Part shown: piece after piece, positions 46,662-49,974 of the stretch
Layout: each line of letters starts with the position of its first letter
How positions within the stretch are numbered: the stretch's first letter is position 1
NCBI GenBank assembly: GCA_022769795.1
Contig: JALEIQ010000069.1
Span: forward strand, 1-49,974
From: Clostridiales bacterium
GTDB taxonomy: Bacteria; Bacillota; Clostridia; Christensenellales; Aristaeellaceae
Length of the DNA: 49,974 nt
Reading direction: 5' to 3'
Program-made: the position numbers and the translations under genes
Notes under the pieces: generated by a model
What the model saw: the letters and a program-made list of their open reading frames with translations, nothing else
Told to the model about the DNA's origin: nothing
Database searches by the model: none

Positions 46662-48019
46662 ATACCCGGCGCGGCAAGCTTCCGCGCGCGCAGGCTGCGC
46701 ATCGTCCAAAAATAGGCCGGTATCAGGAAGATATCTGCGGCCAGCCAGGCCGTAGGGTCGGATAGGCATGCGGCGGAATAGCCAAAGGCCGGTACCAAAA
46801 TCATGCCCACCGTGGCGCGCGCCGCCATCTCAAACACGCCCGCGAAAACCGCCTGCTTGGTAAAGCCAAGGCCCTGAATCAAAAACCGTAGCACGTTTAC
46901 CAGCACCAGCAGCGTATAGCTGGAGCTGTTGAATTTCAGATAGAGCGCCGCATTGGCGATGGTTTCCGTTTCCGAAGCGTCCACAAAAATCTCTACCAGA
47001 TATGCGCCAAAGAAAAACAGTGTGCAAAAGGCGATGGCCGCGTACGCAAACCCAATGCAAACGCAGCTCTTTACGCCCCGGCCAATGCGATCCAGCTTGC
47101 CGGCGCCCACGTTTTGACCGCCATAGGTAACCATGGTGCTGCCCAGCGCGTCAAACGGGCAGCAAAAAAGCTGGTTTACCTTGCTACCCGCCGCAACGCT
47201 GGCCACATAGCCTGAGCCCAGTCCATTGACCGCTGCCTGTATGATGATGCAGCCAATCGCCGTAATGGAATACTGCAATCCCATTGGAACGCCCATGCCC
47301 ATCAGGGTTTTGAAGCACTGGCCGTCCGCGCGCCAATCCGCGCGGGTAAGCACAAGCGCGTCGCAATGGCGTATGTAGTTGACGCACAAAAGCATCGATA
47401 TTCCCTGCGCCGCCACCGTGGCCCAGGCCGTGCCCGTCACGCCCATCTTGAATACCAGGATAAACAGCAAATCCAGCGCGACGTTTAACAGCGAGCAAAA
47501 CAGCAGGTACAGCACCGGCGTGCGCGAATCGCCCAGGGAGCGTATAATGGAGAAAAGCACGTTATAGAGAAACACCACCGGAATGCCCAGAAAGATCACA
47601 AAGATATACCCAAACGCATCTCCCATGATATCCGACGGGGTGCGCATCCAAAGAAGCATGCTTTTGCAAAGCGCGCAGACCAAAACCGTCATCGCCAGCG
47701 AAAACACGATTGAAAGCAAAATGGCGTTCACCACAAAGCGCTTTAGCCCCTGAAAATCGTGCTCGCCAAATTTTTGCGCCACAGGAATGGCAAAACCGTT
47801 GCTTACGCCAATGCAAAACCCCAGCACCAGAAAGCTGAGCGAGCCCGTGGAGCCCACGCCCGCCAGCGCAGAAACGCCCAAAAACCGTCCTACCACAATG
47901 GTATCCACCATGTTATATACCTGCTGAAGCAGCATGCCAAACAGCAGCGGAAAGAAAAAGCCAAAAATCAGCTTGGTGGGCGAGCCGCTGGTCATATCCC
48001 TCGTCGTCGCTCTGGCCAT
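46658..48019 (-). CDS. MATE family efflux transporter (paralogue 3)
   Basis: SPTKLIFGFFFPLLFGMLLQQVYNMVDTIVVGRFLG is a typical MATE N-terminus. RBS GAAAGGAG lies 9 nt upstream of the start. Confidence 0.85.
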   Translation of the reverse strand: MARATTRDMTSGSPTKLIFGFFFPLLFGMLLQQVYNMVDTIVVGRFLGVSALAGVGSTGSLSFLVLGFCIGVSNGFAIPVAQKFGEHDFQGLKRFVVNAILLSIVFSLAMTVLVCALCKSMLLWMRTPSDIMGDAFGYIFVIFLGIPVVFLYNVLFSIIRSLGDSRTPVLYLLFCSLLNVALDLLFILVFKMGVTGTAWATVAAQGISMLLCVNYIRHCDALVLTRADWRADGQCFKTLMGMGVPMGLQYSITAIGCIIIQAAVNGLGSGYVASVAAGSKVNQLFCCPFDALGSTMVTYGGQNVGAGKLDRIGRGVKSCVCIGFAYAAIAFCTLFFFGAYLVEIFVDASETETIANAALYLKFNSSSYTLLVLVNVLRFLIQGLGFTKQAVFAGVFEMAARATVGMILVPAFGYSAACLSDPTAWLAADIFLIPAYFWTMRSLRARKLAAPGI

Positions 48020-48097
48020 ATGGACAGGCTCCTTTCAGGCTTGTTAACGCGCCTGCGCACGCCGCGGCGGCATGAAGCGCTTTTCTAACAGCGGCAC

Positions 48098-48126
48098 AGT
48101 ATACGCCTGTTGAGGCCAATTTGCAA
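48098..48126 (-). promoter_or_regulatory. Sigma-A promoter of MATE paralogue 3
   Basis: On the - strand: TTGCAA, 17-nt spacer, TATACT. Confidence 0.45.
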
Positions 48127-48262
48127 TAGGCTGTTTTTTCACTTTCCCGCCAGAGGATACATGTTTTTGGCTACGGGGAAAAATTAATATTTGTAACGTA
48201 AACTTTTCGGTCTTTTTTTCTGTCCTGTGATATGGAAACATTACCTGGATGGAGGATGCCGC

Positions 48263-49267
48263 ATGCGAAAGAAAATGGTCCTGATGTGCCTGACCTGCCT
48301 GCTTTTTTGCCTAAACGCAAGCGCCCTGGCCGACGAAGTAATCCTTACCCTGGGCGGCGATTGCGTTCTGGGCACGCGCGAGGAATGGAAAGACGACCCC
48401 GACACCTTTGATACCCTCATTGCTGAAAAGGGATATGGATGGTGCTTTGCCAAAATTGCGGAGCCGTTCCAAAGCGATGACGTAAGCCTTGTGAACCTGG
48501 AGGGCGTGCTGCAAAGCGATTCCCAGGGGCACCAGCGCGGCAAGGAATTTACCTTTCGGGGCGAGCCCGCCTATACCGCCATTCTTTCCGAGGCGGGTAT
48601 CGAGCAGGTCAATATCGCCAATAACCATTACATCGATTTTTCCCGCGACGGCCGCGAAAGCACACGCGCCGCGCTGGAAGCGGGCGGTATTGGCTTTAGC
48701 GGCTACACCTACCGCTCCATCGTGGAGATTGGCGGATATAAAATCGGCTTCGCGGGTTGCCGCGAAACCACGTTTCTGGAGCGCAAGGCCCCCATGTATA
48801 ACGATCTCAAGTACCTCAAAAAGGAAGGCTGCGACGTAATCATCTACTCCTGCCATTGGGGCAAGGAATACAGTCCCACCCACAACCAGAAGCAAATCCG
48901 CATGGCGGATTACGCCATCAAAAACGGCGCGGATATCGTGGTGGGCACCCATCCGCACTGCGTGCAGGGCATTGACCAGCGAAACGGCGGCGTGGTCATC
49001 TGGAGCCTTGGCAACCTGGTTTTTGGCGGTACGCACGATATGACCACCTTCGACGCGCTCGTGGTTCAGGCCGTGCTCAGCTTTGAGGATGGAAAATACC
49101 AGGGCGTAACCCTCAAGCTGATGCCTGTTTTAACCTCCTCCGACCGGCCTCGCAACAATTTTCAGCCCGAGTTTGCCACCGGGGAGGATTATGAGCGCAT
49201 CATGGGACTCGTCCAGGACGACAGCACGCTCCCAATCGAGCAGGAGATGTGGTTTGAGGCGAAATAG
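48263..49267 (+). CDS. CapA-family (PGA_cap metallophosphatase-like) secreted protein
   Basis: Signal peptide MRKKMVLMCLTCLLFCLNASALA. LTLGGDCVLG, VNLEGVL, NIANNHYIDF and GTHPHCVQG motifs are present. ATG 48263 is 6 nt after GGAGGA. Confidence 0.8.
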   Translation: MRKKMVLMCLTCLLFCLNASALADEVILTLGGDCVLGTREEWKDDPDTFDTLIAEKGYGWCFAKIAEPFQSDDVSLVNLEGVLQSDSQGHQRGKEFTFRGEPAYTAILSEAGIEQVNIANNHYIDFSRDGRESTRAALEAGGIGFSGYTYRSIVEIGGYKIGFAGCRETTFLERKAPMYNDLKYLKKEGCDVIIYSCHWGKEYSPTHNQKQIRMADYAIKNGADIVVGTHPHCVQGIDQRNGGVVIWSLGNLVFGGTHDMTTFDALVVQAVLSFEDGKYQGVTLKLMPVLTSSDRPRNNFQPEFATGEDYERIMGLVQDDSTLPIEQEMWFEAK

Positions 49268-49299
49268 CCCCTCTCCCGTGGGTACCGGCGCATGAACCC

Positions 49300-49974
49300 C
49301 TACCGCTCCTCCCCAGCAAGGGGCAAAATGACCGAGAAGGTTGTTCCTACGCCCACCTTGCTGCGCACCTTCAGCTTGCCGCCGTGCGCCACCACAATGA
49401 TGCGCGCGATGCTCAACCCTAGCCCATGCCCGCTGGTTTGGGCCTTGCGCGCCTCGTCGCAGCGGTAAAAGCGGTCGAAGATTTTTGGCAGCTCCTCGGC
49501 GGAAATCCCCGCGCCCGTATCGCTCACCGTAAGGATACAATGGCGGCTGTCCCGCCTGACGCCCAAGGTGATGCTGCCGCCATCGGGCGTGTACTTGATG
49601 GCGTTGTCCAGCAGGATGCGCATCAGCTGCTTGAGCATGTCTTTATCGCCATTGATGCGCGCGTTCTGCGCGGGGTTCAACTCAAACCGATGTGCGGAGG
49701 ATAATAGCTTTGCCTCGCGGTGTACCTCGCTCATCACCTCAAGGGGGTCAAAAACCTCCATTTCCAGCAGGAGCGTCTTTTTATCATGCCGAGCCAGGAA
49801 CAACAGGCGCTCCACCAGTTCCTTCATGCTGGCGGCCTCCTGCGAAATGGCCGCTATGCCCTCGTCCAGCACTTCCTTGTCCGTTGTGCCCCAGCGTTCC
49901 AGCATGCCCACATAGCCCTGGATTACCGCGATGGGCGTGCGCAGCTCGTGCGAAGCGTCGCTTACAAATTGCTT
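49300..49974 (-). CDS. Sensor histidine kinase, C-terminal part (5' end outside window)
   Basis: The frame is open to the window edge. The H-box is KQFVSDASHELRTPIAVIQGY. N, G1 and G2 boxes are present (DNAIKYTP, SDTGAGI, GHGLGLSI). Confidence 0.85.
   Translation of the reverse strand, partial: KQFVSDASHELRTPIAVIQGYVGMLERWGTTDKEVLDEGIAAISQEAASMKELVERLLFLARHDKKTLLLEMEVFDPLEVMSEVHREAKLLSSAHRFELNPAQNARINGDKDMLKQLMRILLDNAIKYTPDGGSITLGVRRDSRHCILTVSDTGAGISAEELPKIFDRFYRCDEARKAQTSGHGLGLSIARIIVVAHGGKLKVRSKVGVGTTFSVILPLAGEER

Noticed and set aside
48105-48139. Hairpin GCCTGTTG/CAATAGGC followed by TGTTTTTT on the + strand, resembling an orphan terminator.
   Set aside because: No + strand gene lies upstream. 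The same sequence read on the - strand is the TTGCAA-N17-TATACT promoter of the MATE gene, so the structure is probably incidental.

Overview
GC-rich chromosomal segment from an endospore-forming Firmicute, probably Clostridia-like. That assignment is inferred from spoIIR, spoIID, a SpoIIQ-like gene, GGAGG-type ribosome-binding sites (RBS) and sigma-A promoters. I support 34 protein-coding genes, two of them cut by the window edges. I saw no rRNA, tRNA, CRISPR array, transposase or integrase. Most content is housekeeping: tig-clpP-clpX, gltBD, glmS, a zur-znuACB-type zinc uptake operon, a YgiQ radical-SAM protein, three MATE efflux paralogues, a CapA-family protein and a histidine kinase fragment. 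Sporulation genes are scattered through it: spoIIR, spoIID, a SpoIIQ-like M23 protein, a PBP5-type carboxypeptidase and a cysteine-rich putative coat protein. The clearest accessory element is a 2604-codon cyclic beta-1,2-glucan synthase-like gene (33549-41363) beside a divergent PadR/MATE pair. I did not find a convincing multi-gene novel system such as a defence island. The most unusual points are: (1) the giant glucan synthase homologue in a monoderm; (2) a terminator-like hairpin plus U7 starting at about +1 of the gltBD transcript; (3) a thioredoxin-reductase-like flavoprotein lacking both NADPH motifs; (4) a PD-(D/E)XK nuclease fused to an XPD/DinG-type helicase and translationally coupled to a secreted TraB/GumN protein; (5) a protein with about 10% cysteine behind a sigma-K-like promoter; (6) glmS without room for its ribozyme but with twin palindromes upstream. 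All functional calls come from motif recognition by eye. No database search was run.
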